From: Salinivirgaceae bacterium
Lineage (GTDB): Bacteria; Bacteroidota; Bacteroidia; Bacteroidales; SZUA-534
Assembly (NCBI GenBank): GCA_024405635.1
Contig: JAKSOL010000020.1
Coordinates: forward strand, 1-56,421
Direction: 5' to 3'
DNA: 56,421 nucleotides
Shown here piece by piece: positions 1 to 8,841 of the stretch. The notes below the pieces were generated by a model. The model was not told the origin of the DNA. It did not search any database and saw only the letters and a program-made list of their open reading frames with translations. Within the stretch, counting starts at the first letter, position 1; each line of letters opens with the position of its first letter. A program made the translations under genes and the position numbers.

Positions 1-2
1 TT

Positions 3-2600
3 GCAGTAAACACTGATGCTACAACCGTTTACGTTGATGATGACGACAGCAAAGCTGCAAAATCGGCTTTTGCAGTGCGTGGCCGCAGCGGTGCTAAAGG
101 TGAGAACAATATTCTTGCCGTAAACACTGATGAGACAACAGTTTACGTTGACGACGATGATAGCAAGGCTGCAAAATCAGCTTTCGCCGTTCGTGGACGT
201 AGCGGCGCTAAAGATGCTAATAACGATTTCTTCTCTATTAACTCCGACAGTACACGCTTTTATATTGATGCGGATAATGATAGCAAGGCAGCAAAATCAG
301 CTTTCGCTGTACGTGGCCGTAGCGGAGCAAAAGGAACTGAATCTAACTACTTTGACATTTCAAGCAGTAGCACAGTAGAAACTTCTGCAAGCGAACCTCG
401 AATGTTGTGGTATCCTGACCAAAATAAAAATGCTTTTCTTGTTGGTCAAGTTAAAATAACTGCAGCAGATCAAGTTGGAGCCAATTCAGTATCAGCAGGA
501 TACGAAAATGTTGCTAGTGGAGATTACTCACAAGCTTTGGGCTACAATTCAACAGCAAGTGGAATGTATTCTACTGCTATAGGCAAAACTGCGCAAGCTA
601 CAGGTAATAGTTCGTTTGCTTTTGGTACAAATGCAAAGGCACAAGGAGCAAGTTCTGTATCAATTGGCGATGCAGCACAAGCAACTAATACTTCTGCATT
701 CGCATTTGGTCAAAGTGCAAAGGCTTCTGGAAATAAATCAATGGCTCTTGGATTTAACACAAATGCAACTGGCCAATATGCAACAGCAATGGGTTATAAC
801 ACAACAGCTTCAGGTAATTATTCTACTGCTTTGGGTTATAGTACAACCGCATCATCAACTGCAGCCACAGCATCTGGTTATCAATCTAAAGCAACTGGTC
901 AGTATTCATTTGCTGGAGGATATATGTCCTTGGCTCAGAGTACCGCTGCAATTGCGTTTGGATATCAAGACACTGCTTCATATTCTTATACTACAGCACT
1001 TGGATATCAAACAAAAGCATCAAATAGTGGTGCAACAGCGTTAGGATACCAATCAAAAGCAATAGGCCAATATTCTACAGCATTGGGCTATCAAAATAAG
1101 TCAGCATCAAAAGGTTCTACAAGTTTGGGATATCAATCAGAAGCAACAGGTATGTACTCTACAGCGCTAGGCTATTTGGCAAAAGCTACTAATTCTTATG
1201 CCGTATCTCTCGGTTATAACACTAAAGCATCAGGCACCGCATCAACTGCCCTTGGATATAATACTACAGCTTCAGGTAATTATTCTACTGCTTTGGGGTA
1301 TTCAAACACCGCTTCTGGTAATAATTCTATTGCATTAGGATATTCAAACACTGCAAATTCTAACAACTCAGCCGTTTTCGGCAAAGGACTTGTATCAAAC
1401 TCGTATTGTGAATTCTTGGTTGGACAATACAATGAGATTGCAACCATTTTTGAGGATGGCGATGGCAATAGTAGCGATGTTTCATGGGTTTTGATGGATG
1501 AAATGGGCACTATGACAGATAGGTTATTTACTATTGCAAATGGAACTGGTCCTAATAATAGATCAAATGCTTTTGTTGTTACCAAAACTGGAAATGTTGG
1601 AATAGGATGCTCCAACCCCGATCAAAAGTTGGAAGTTCATAATGGTGATGTTGGTATCTATAATGGCATGTTGTACCTTCATCCTGATAGCGAAGTTAAC
1701 TGCCACTCAAAATCAATATATATTAATTCAAATAATATTTCAATTGGTGGAAAATTTAGCAGCGGCCTTACTCCTGCGTCAAATGGTTCATACAATTTAG
1801 GAGGAACATCATATCGATGGAATGGTTTGTATGCAAGATATGGTTCGTTTGAGATATCAGACGGTTCTTACGCTGTTCAAGCAAAATCCACATCAACAAA
1901 AACTGAGGTTTATGGTGTTTACGCATCTAGTTCAAACGCCACGTCTTGGAATTATGGTGTATATGCTGTTGCAAATAGCACAAATGGTTCATCAGTTGAC
2001 AATGTAGGCATAAGAGGCAATGCCACTTCGGGTAGCTATAGAAATACTGGAGTTTGGGCAGTAGCAACAGGTAGTGGAACCAACCGAGGTATTTATGCAT
2101 CTGCCTCTGGAGGTTCAACAAATTTTGCTGGTTACTTCGAAGGAGACATCAAAACTACAGGCAGTATTACATATACAGGTTCCTTAACTAGGTCTTCTGA
2201 CGAGCGCTTAAAGAAAGATATTCAAACATTAGACGGTGCTTTGGATAAAGTACTTAAGTTGCGAGGAGTAAACTACTATTGGAAGAACGAACAAGAACTC
2301 AGGTCATTGCCAAATACAGTTGAGACTGATAAAGAAGGAAACGAAACTCTTTTGTACTCATTTAATGAAGAAAAACAAGTTGGTGTAATAGCTCAAGATG
2401 TTGAAGCCGTTTTGCCAGAATTGGTTAAGACCGATGTTAACGGATACAAGACCGTTGATTATAGCAACCTTACCCCAATACTAATCGAGGCGGTTAAAGA
2501 ACAACAACAAATAATTGAAGGTCAACAATCGCAAATTGATGAGTTAAAGAAAATGTTAGAAGCTCAGCAAAAATTGATAGAGCAACTGATAAACAAATAA
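3..2600 (+). CDS. Tail-fibre-like trimeric surface protein, 5' truncated by the window edge: 38-aa repeats, YadA-head-like repeats and a C-terminal peptidase S74 chaperone
   Basis: The frame is open from base 3 (AVNTDATTVYVDDDDSKAAK...), so the GTG at 75 is internal. It has three KAAKSAFAVRGRSGAK repeats, then many 14-aa (A/S)SGxYSTALGYxTx repeats. SDERLKKDI at 2196 is followed by GVIAQDVEAVLPELV, VDYSNLTPILIEAVKE and a coiled coil (S74 signature). Confidence 0.85.
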   Translation, partial: AVNTDATTVYVDDDDSKAAKSAFAVRGRSGAKGENNILAVNTDETTVYVDDDDSKAAKSAFAVRGRSGAKDANNDFFSINSDSTRFYIDADNDSKAAKSAFAVRGRSGAKGTESNYFDISSSSTVETSASEPRMLWYPDQNKNAFLVGQVKITAADQVGANSVSAGYENVASGDYSQALGYNSTASGMYSTAIGKTAQATGNSSFAFGTNAKAQGASSVSIGDAAQATNTSAFAFGQSAKASGNKSMALGFNTNATGQYATAMGYNTTASGNYSTALGYSTTASSTAATASGYQSKATGQYSFAGGYMSLAQSTAAIAFGYQDTASYSYTTALGYQTKASNSGATALGYQSKAIGQYSTALGYQNKSASKGSTSLGYQSEATGMYSTALGYLAKATNSYAVSLGYNTKASGTASTALGYNTTASGNYSTALGYSNTASGNNSIALGYSNTANSNNSAVFGKGLVSNSYCEFLVGQYNEIATIFEDGDGNSSDVSWVLMDEMGTMTDRLFTIANGTGPNNRSNAFVVTKTGNVGIGCSNPDQKLEVHNGDVGIYNGMLYLHPDSEVNCHSKSIYINSNNISIGGKFSSGLTPASNGSYNLGGTSYRWNGLYARYGSFEISDGSYAVQAKSTSTKTEVYGVYASSSNATSWNYGVYAVANSTNGSSVDNVGIRGNATSGSYRNTGVWAVATGSGTNRGIYASASGGSTNFAGYFEGDIKTTGSITYTGSLTRSSDERLKKDIQTLDGALDKVLKLRGVNYYWKNEQELRSLPNTVETDKEGNETLLYSFNEEKQVGVIAQDVEAVLPELVKTDVNGYKTVDYSNLTPILIEAVKEQQQIIEGQQSQIDELKKMLEAQQKLIEQLINK

Positions 2601-2645
2601 ACAATTAGGTTTGTGACCTAAAAACTTAACACACGATATTCATTT

Positions 2646-5600
2646 ATGAAAAAGATGTTCCTATTGCTGTTGTCTGCAGCATTTGCTCTGCAAGTCAGCG
2701 CTCAAAGTTTTTCGTATCAAGCCGTTGTGCGTAACGCCAAAGGCGAAGTTATTAAAACAACCGACGTTCCATTAACCATAACTTTGGTTGATAAGAATGA
2801 TGCAACGGTTTATTATTCTGAAACACAAACAGTTAAAACAAACGCTTACGGTGTTCTTACCGCCAACGTTGGCGAGGGAACTTCAACTAACGGAAAAACA
2901 CTTGCCGATGTTGATTGGTCGAGCAACGATGTGTGGATGAAAGTTTCGGCAACCGTAAACGGTAAATTGGTCGATTTTGGCAAGACTAAAATCAACGCTG
3001 TGCCTTACGCACTTTATGCCGAAGGTTTGAAAGGTGACAAAGGTGATAAAGGCGAAGCATTGACCTTCAGCGATTTAACCGACGAGCAAAAAGCAGAGTT
3101 GAAAGGCGACAAAGGCGATGCTTTTACTTTCAACGATTTAACAGAAGCACAAAAAGCTGCGTTGAAAGGTGACAAAGGTGAAGCTTTTAAATACGAAGAT
3201 TTTACTCAAGAACAACTCCAAGCATTAAAAGTAGAGCGAGGCGAAAACGCAGAATTTAAATCAGCCAGCATTCAAGCTGCATCAAACGCAGCCGACGATG
3301 AGGCTTTGTTTGAGGTAAAAGACAAAGACGGCAATGTAGTGTTTGCGGTTTATCCAAACGAAACTGTGGTTTACGCAAACGAAGAAAATGGCAAAGCAGC
3401 AAAATCAGCATTTGCCGTACGTGGCCGTAGCGGTGCAAAAGGCGAGAGCGACATTCTTGCAGTTGGCACCGATGGAACAACCGTTTATGTTGATGACGAA
3501 AATGGCAAAGCAGCTAAATCAGCATTCGCAGTTCGTGGTCGTAGTGGCGCAAAAGGCGAAAACGATATTTTTGCTGTAAACACCGATGCTACAACCATTT
3601 ACGTTGATGATGACGACAGCAAAGCAGCAAAATCAGCATTCGCAGTGCGTGGCCGTAGTGGCGCAAAAGGAGAGAACGACATTTTTGCCGTAAACACCGA
3701 ATCGACAACCGTTTACGTTGATGACGACGATAGCAAAGCTGCTAAATCGGCATTTGCAGTTCGTGGCCGTAGTGGCGCAAAAGGTGACAATGACATTTTT
3801 GCCGTAAACACCGAATCGACAACCGTTTACGTTGATGACGACGACAGCAAAGCTGCTAAATCGGCTTTTGCAGTTCGTGGCCGTAGCGGTGCTAAAGGTG
3901 AAAACGATATTCTAGCCGTAAACACTGATGCTACAACCGTTTACGTTGACGATGACGATAGCAAAGCTGCTAAATCGGCATTTGCAGTTCGTGGCCGTAG
4001 TGGCGCAAAAGGTGACAATGACATTTTTGCCGTAAACACCGAATCGACAACCGTTTACGTTGATGACGACGACAGCAAAGCAGCTAAATCGGCATTCGCG
4101 GTGCGTGGTCGTAGTGGTGCTAAAGGCGAAAACAACATTCTTGCTGTAAACACCGATGAAACAACAGTTTACGTTGATGATGATGATAGCAAAGCTGCTA
4201 AATCAGCCTTTGCAGTACGTGGCCGTAGTGGAGCTAAAAATAACAACGATGTGTTTATGGTTACCAACGACAACACAAGCGTTCGCGTTTCTGATGCTGA
4301 AGCCGAGAACGGTTTCTCTGTTAGCGGTAAAAAAGCCGACGGAACAAACCAAAGTTACATGGACATTAACAAAATCAACTACATGATTGGTTTGGATGCT
4401 GGCCAAAAAATTACAACTGGTACTAAAAACTCATTTATGGGTAACCAAGCTGGTGCAGCTAATACATCAGGTTACAACAACGTGTTTGTAGGTAATAATG
4501 CTGGTGCTGCAAATACTACTGGCTATCAGAACGTGTTTATGGGTAATGACGCAGGCAAGTCAATGAAATCAGGTTATTCAAATGTTGTATTGGGCGACCA
4601 AGCAGGAGGTTCAACCTCAGGCGCTAATTACAACATTCTTATTGGCCGACAAGCTGGAAAAAACACCACAGGAAGTAGCAACGTGTTTATTGGCGATTTG
4701 GCAGGACTCAACAATACAACAGGCTATTACAATGTAATGATTGGTGATGAGGCAGGAAAGGGAAATACTTCAGGATATAACAATGTTGCAATTGGTAATA
4801 CTGCTGCGCATTCAAATACGACAGGCTCTCAAAACGTAATGATGGGCAATGCTGCAGGATACAACAACAGCACAGGTGGTAGCAACGTGTTTATTGGAAA
4901 TAATGCTGGTTATACCAACACCATAGGCGCAAGCAACGTGTTTATTGGAAATAATGCTGGTTATACCAACAGCACAGGTAACTACAATGTGTTTTTAGGC
5001 TACTACGCAGGAAATAAAAATACAGCATCATACAATACATTCTTGGGTTACCAAGCAGGACAAAAAAATACAAGTGGTGCAAACAACGTATTCTTGGGTT
5101 ATAATGCAGGCCAAGCAAATACCACAGCATCAAATAACGTATTCTTGGGTAATTCTGCAGGTTATACTAATACTACAGGAGCAAATAACATATTCTTAGG
5201 AAATTCAGCAGGTTATACCAACACCATAGGCGCAAGCAACGTGTTTATTGGAAATAATGCTGGTTATACCAACAGCACAGGTAACTACAATGTGTTTTTA
5301 GGCTACTACGCAGGAAATAAAAATACAGCATCATACAATACATTCTTGGGTTACCAAGCAGGACAAAAAAATACAAGTGGTACCAACAACGTATTCTTGG
5401 GATACAATGCAGGTCAATCTAATACATTAGGTAAAAACAATGTATTTTTAGGTAATAATGCGGGAGCGTCTAATATAGGAGGTAGTGATTCCTATCTAAA
5501 TGGAAAAGATCCTGTATCGGGAAATTCTATGTATGTAAATTTTGGTTCTTGCAATGTATATATTGGAGATGAAGCAGGCAGATATGCAGAGTTAGGACAA

Positions 5601-6605
5601 AACAATGTTTATATGGGCTTTTTTGCAGGTCAAACTAATAAAACTGGTAGGAACAATGTATTTATAGGAAAATCTGCTGGTCAAAATTCAATAGATGATC
5701 AAAACATATTTATTGGCTGTGATGCTGGTGCCAATTATAAAGGAGAAGGAAGACCTAACAATAATATTGCATATTCATCTTCGGGAATGAATGTTGTAAT
5801 TGGCCTTGAGGCTGGATTTGGATATGGAGCAACATCTGATGTAAAATATACAGGCTCTGTACTATTAGGTAGAATGGCAGGTCGAAGCCTTACTACGGGC
5901 TATGGAGATGTGATAGTTGGTTTACAATCTGCTAGCGCTTTAAAAGAAGGAGGTAGTAATGTACTAATTGGTAGTAACGTAGCAAGCAACAAAACAGAAG
6001 GTCAATACAATACTATTATTGGAGCCAATGCTGGATATAGCAACACTACAGGTTCGTCAAATGTGTTCATTGGAAACAGCGCTGGCTATAATGAAACTGG
6101 CAGCAACAAACTTTACATAGCCAATTCAAGCACAACAACACCACTTATTTATGGAGATTTTAGTGCTAAAACACTTAGGATTAATGGTGCTTTAACCTAC
6201 ACTTCAGCATCAGCATCATCTGATGCACGACTTAAGAAAGATGTGCAAACCCTTGGTTCGTCGCTAGGTAATGTTCTAAAATTGCGTGGTGTAACTTATT
6301 ACTGGAAATCGCGCGAGGAAATGGCAGCACTTAAAGGAGTGCCAACCGATAGCCTTGACTATTGTTTCAATGCCGAAAAACAAATTGGTGTAATAGCACA
6401 AGAGGTTGAAGCTATTTATCCCGAATTGGTTTCAACTGACGAAAATGGTTACAAATCAGTATCGTACGAAAAATTCACTCCAATCCTAATCGAGGCGATA
6501 AAAGAGCAACAAGCAATTATTGATGAGTTGAAGGCTAAAAACGAAGCTCAAGACCAAAAGATTGAGCAACTAACCAAGTTGGTTGAGCAATTGCTTAACA
6601 AATAG
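2646..6605 (+). CDS. Secreted tail-fibre-like trimeric protein: signal peptide, N-terminal YQAVVR domain, collagen-like segment, 8 x 38-aa repeats, NVFxGxxAG beta-solenoid and S74 chaperone
   Basis: Signal peptide MKKMFLLLLSAAFALQVSA, then SYQAVVRN...AVPYALYA, GDKGDKGE triplets and 14-aa NTTGxxNVFLGxxAG repeats. SDARLKKDV at 6219 is followed by GVIAQEVEAIYPELV and a coiled coil. Confidence 0.88.
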   Translation: MKKMFLLLLSAAFALQVSAQSFSYQAVVRNAKGEVIKTTDVPLTITLVDKNDATVYYSETQTVKTNAYGVLTANVGEGTSTNGKTLADVDWSSNDVWMKVSATVNGKLVDFGKTKINAVPYALYAEGLKGDKGDKGEALTFSDLTDEQKAELKGDKGDAFTFNDLTEAQKAALKGDKGEAFKYEDFTQEQLQALKVERGENAEFKSASIQAASNAADDEALFEVKDKDGNVVFAVYPNETVVYANEENGKAAKSAFAVRGRSGAKGESDILAVGTDGTTVYVDDENGKAAKSAFAVRGRSGAKGENDIFAVNTDATTIYVDDDDSKAAKSAFAVRGRSGAKGENDIFAVNTESTTVYVDDDDSKAAKSAFAVRGRSGAKGDNDIFAVNTESTTVYVDDDDSKAAKSAFAVRGRSGAKGENDILAVNTDATTVYVDDDDSKAAKSAFAVRGRSGAKGDNDIFAVNTESTTVYVDDDDSKAAKSAFAVRGRSGAKGENNILAVNTDETTVYVDDDDSKAAKSAFAVRGRSGAKNNNDVFMVTNDNTSVRVSDAEAENGFSVSGKKADGTNQSYMDINKINYMIGLDAGQKITTGTKNSFMGNQAGAANTSGYNNVFVGNNAGAANTTGYQNVFMGNDAGKSMKSGYSNVVLGDQAGGSTSGANYNILIGRQAGKNTTGSSNVFIGDLAGLNNTTGYYNVMIGDEAGKGNTSGYNNVAIGNTAAHSNTTGSQNVMMGNAAGYNNSTGGSNVFIGNNAGYTNTIGASNVFIGNNAGYTNSTGNYNVFLGYYAGNKNTASYNTFLGYQAGQKNTSGANNVFLGYNAGQANTTASNNVFLGNSAGYTNTTGANNIFLGNSAGYTNTIGASNVFIGNNAGYTNSTGNYNVFLGYYAGNKNTASYNTFLGYQAGQKNTSGTNNVFLGYNAGQSNTLGKNNVFLGNNAGASNIGGSDSYLNGKDPVSGNSMYVNFGSCNVYIGDEAGRYAELGQNNVYMGFFAGQTNKTGRNNVFIGKSAGQNSIDDQNIFIGCDAGANYKGEGRPNNNIAYSSSGMNVVIGLEAGFGYGATSDVKYTGSVLLGRMAGRSLTTGYGDVIVGLQSASALKEGGSNVLIGSNVASNKTEGQYNTIIGANAGYSNTTGSSNVFIGNSAGYNETGSNKLYIANSSTTTPLIYGDFSAKTLRINGALTYTSASASSDARLKKDVQTLGSSLGNVLKLRGVTYYWKSREEMAALKGVPTDSLDYCFNAEKQIGVIAQEVEAIYPELVSTDENGYKSVSYEKFTPILIEAIKEQQAIIDELKAKNEAQDQKIEQLTKLVEQLLNK
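3393..4238 (+). repeat. Intragenic 114-bp (38-aa) tandem repeat, 8 copies
   Basis: The period was read directly (AGC codon at 3732, 3846, 3960). KAAKSAFAVRGRSGAK is invariant in all copies. Related copies lie at 48-332 in the upstream paralog. Confidence 0.95.
4908..5381 (+). repeat. Exact 171-bp in-frame direct repeat (4908-5078 = 5211-5381)
   Basis: GGTTATACCAACACCATAGGCGCAAGC...AATACAAGTGGT occurs twice at an offset of 303 bp. Confidence 0.9.
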
Positions 6606-6624
6606 GTTTAGCAAACACAAAAAC

Positions 6625-6660
6625 AAAAGGCTGGCGCATTGTGTTGTGTCAGCCTTTTTT
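6625..6660 (+). terminator. Rho-independent terminator after the fibre genes
   Basis: AAAAGGCTGGCGCA-loop-TGTGTCAGCCTTTTTT. Confidence 0.8.
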
Positions 6661-6752
6661 GTTGGTTGGCTGAATCGGTAAAAAAGTTGAGTCAACGCAA
6701 AAAATAAGGTTATCTTTTTCGTTCATATTCTGCTCAAAAACAATCAAATAAT

Positions 6753-6760
6753 TACTTTTG
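6753..6760 (+). promoter_or_regulatory. Bacteroidota sigma-A -7 element
   Basis: TACTTTTG matches TAnnTTTG, about 20 nt upstream of the DUF1538 start. Confidence 0.6.
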
Positions 6761-6780
6761 GCACACTAAAATTTTAAAGT

Positions 6781-8841
6781 ATGTCGAACAAACATTTGGT
6801 ATCGTTTACCGATGCATTAGGGATGTTAGGCAACTACACTTGGTCGCGCATTTGGGAGCAAGTCAAGTCGGTTGCATTCATCATTATGTACTTAGTGGTT
6901 TTTCAGACCATTATATTGAGAGTGCCGCTAGCCAACGCACTTGGCACAGCCGGCGGAATTGGATTGGTAGTTCTAGGCTTGGCCTTCTTTCTTGAGGGAT
7001 TGGTGCTAGGACTAATGCCTATTGGCGAACGTGTGGGAGTTAAACTTCCAGCTCGCGTGGGCATTGGAGTTATTTGCGCATTTGGCGTGGTGCTTGGTTT
7101 TGGCGCCACATACGCCGAACCAGCAATAAGCACATTGCGTGCAGCAGGAGCAACCATCACAGCATGGGACTCGCCACTACTCTACATGATGCTTAATAGC
7201 TACTCTGGCGAGTTAGTTATGTCGGTTGGTGTTGGCGTAGGACTTGCAGTGGCTTTAGGTATGTGCCGATTCTACTACAATTGGTCAATCAAACCATTGA
7301 TTTACATAATTATTCCACTAGTTATGTTGCTAACACTATATGCAGCAAACGACGACAAACTATGCAAAATAATAGGATTGGCTTGGGACTGCGGCGCTGT
7401 AACAACAGGAGCCGTAACTGTACCACTAGTACTAGCACTTGGTATTGGTGTATCGCGCACATCGAGCAACGGCGGAGGCAGCAATGGTGGTTTTGGCATC
7501 ATTATGTTAGCATCAGCATTCCCAATTGTTGCTGTGCTAGCCTTGGGTTCTTTCTTCAGTTTAAAGACACCAAGTCCGGTGAGCGAAAACGAATTTTTTG
7601 CAGCAGAAAACCGCACACAGTCGGCTGTGATATTTGGTGGCGACACATCGCAAGTAATTCAACACGCATTTACTCACGGTTCAGTTGAAGGCCGAAAAGC
7701 AATTTTTGCATCAGAAGAGGCATACACAAATGCAATAAAATTGCTTGAAAACAGCGACGAGGCTCGCACCAAATACCTAGGCACAATGCAAGTTGCCGAT
7801 TGGATTTTGAAGTGCGCAACAACCGAAGAACGCGATATGCTTTCAAATGTTAAGCTATCGGCAGCAAGCGACGAACAAGAATCGCCATTTGCCGCTTTTG
7901 CTCCAACATTGCACAAAGAGTTGTTTGGCGGTTTGCAAGCAGTGCTACCAATCACAGCATTTTTGCTTATTGTGCTTATTATGCTACGCGAAAAATTGCG
8001 CTACAAAGACGAAATTGCACTCGGCATTGGCATAACACTATTCGGTATGGTGCTGCTAACTTCGGGCATTTCGCTTGGTTTGGCATCGTTGGGCGGCGAA
8101 GTAGGAGCTCAACTGCCTCGTGCATTTGCTAGCGAAGAAAAATTCATTGACCGCGTAGTGATAAACAACTTCGACTCTACAATGCTTTTCAAAGGCATTA
8201 CTGAAGAAGGCGAACAAAAAGAGTTCTTTAATCTGTGCGAGAACGGACAAATTCGTGCAGTGGAATTCAACGCCGCACAATTAAATACCGAAACCAAACA
8301 ATATGTTCAAATCATTACCGAAAAACCAATGTTCAAACTATCGATAATAGGTTTGGTACTTGTGTTGGTATTTGCTTTTGGACTAGGATTTGGCGCAACC
8401 CTTGCCGAGCCCGCCCTTAATGCCTTGGGCATGACAGTTGAAGGACTAACCGTAGGAGCAATAAAACAACGCCAACTAGTGTTGGTAGTATCGGTTGGTG
8501 TGGCATTGGGCATCACGTTAGGTTTGGCCCGCATATTGTTCGACTTGCCACTCTACCTAATGATTGAAGTTTCGTATGGCTTGCTACTGGTTTTAACATT
8601 CTTCAGCGACAAAGAATTTTCGGCCATTGCATGGGATAGCGGCGGTGTAACAACCGGACCTGTAACCGTGCCTTTGGTATTGGCATTAGGATTGAGCATT
8701 GGTGGCGTGCTTCACGTTTCTGATGGATTTGGAATTCTTGCCATGGCATCGGCTTGGCCTATAATAACTGTGCTTTTGTTTGGTCTGATTGCAAATCGCA
8801 AGCAGCATAAAAATCTAAAGAATACTAAAGATGATGAATAG
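6781..8841 (+). CDS. DUF1538 family membrane protein, two fused domains (putative transporter)
   Basis: Two hydrophobic halves, each with AEPA and D(C/S)G(A/G)VTTG(A/P)VTVPLVLALG motifs. Adjacent to a PII-like gene, the usual DUF1538 context. Confidence 0.85.
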   Translation: MSNKHLVSFTDALGMLGNYTWSRIWEQVKSVAFIIMYLVVFQTIILRVPLANALGTAGGIGLVVLGLAFFLEGLVLGLMPIGERVGVKLPARVGIGVICAFGVVLGFGATYAEPAISTLRAAGATITAWDSPLLYMMLNSYSGELVMSVGVGVGLAVALGMCRFYYNWSIKPLIYIIIPLVMLLTLYAANDDKLCKIIGLAWDCGAVTTGAVTVPLVLALGIGVSRTSSNGGGSNGGFGIIMLASAFPIVAVLALGSFFSLKTPSPVSENEFFAAENRTQSAVIFGGDTSQVIQHAFTHGSVEGRKAIFASEEAYTNAIKLLENSDEARTKYLGTMQVADWILKCATTEERDMLSNVKLSAASDEQESPFAAFAPTLHKELFGGLQAVLPITAFLLIVLIMLREKLRYKDEIALGIGITLFGMVLLTSGISLGLASLGGEVGAQLPRAFASEEKFIDRVVINNFDSTMLFKGITEEGEQKEFFNLCENGQIRAVEFNAAQLNTETKQYVQIITEKPMFKLSIIGLVLVLVFAFGLGFGATLAEPALNALGMTVEGLTVGAIKQRQLVLVVSVGVALGITLGLARILFDLPLYLMIEVSYGLLLVLTFFSDKEFSAIAWDSGGVTTGPVTVPLVLALGLSIGGVLHVSDGFGILAMASAWPIITVLLFGLIANRKQHKNLKNTKDDE

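Noticed and set aside
2605-2621. Inverted repeat TTAGGT-N5-ACCTAA between the fibre genes as an invertase site or terminator
   Set aside because: The stem is only 6 bp, with no U tract, no partner site and no recombinase.
3393-4238. CRISPR-like array (regular repeats)
   Set aside because: The 114-bp period is in frame, variation is mostly synonymous, the intervening parts are homologous to each other, and there are no cas genes.
1-6605. Prophage tail module
   Set aside because: The complete protein has a Sec signal peptide, a terminator follows, and no capsid, terminase, baseplate, lysis or integrase genes are in the window. Sequence to the left is unseen.
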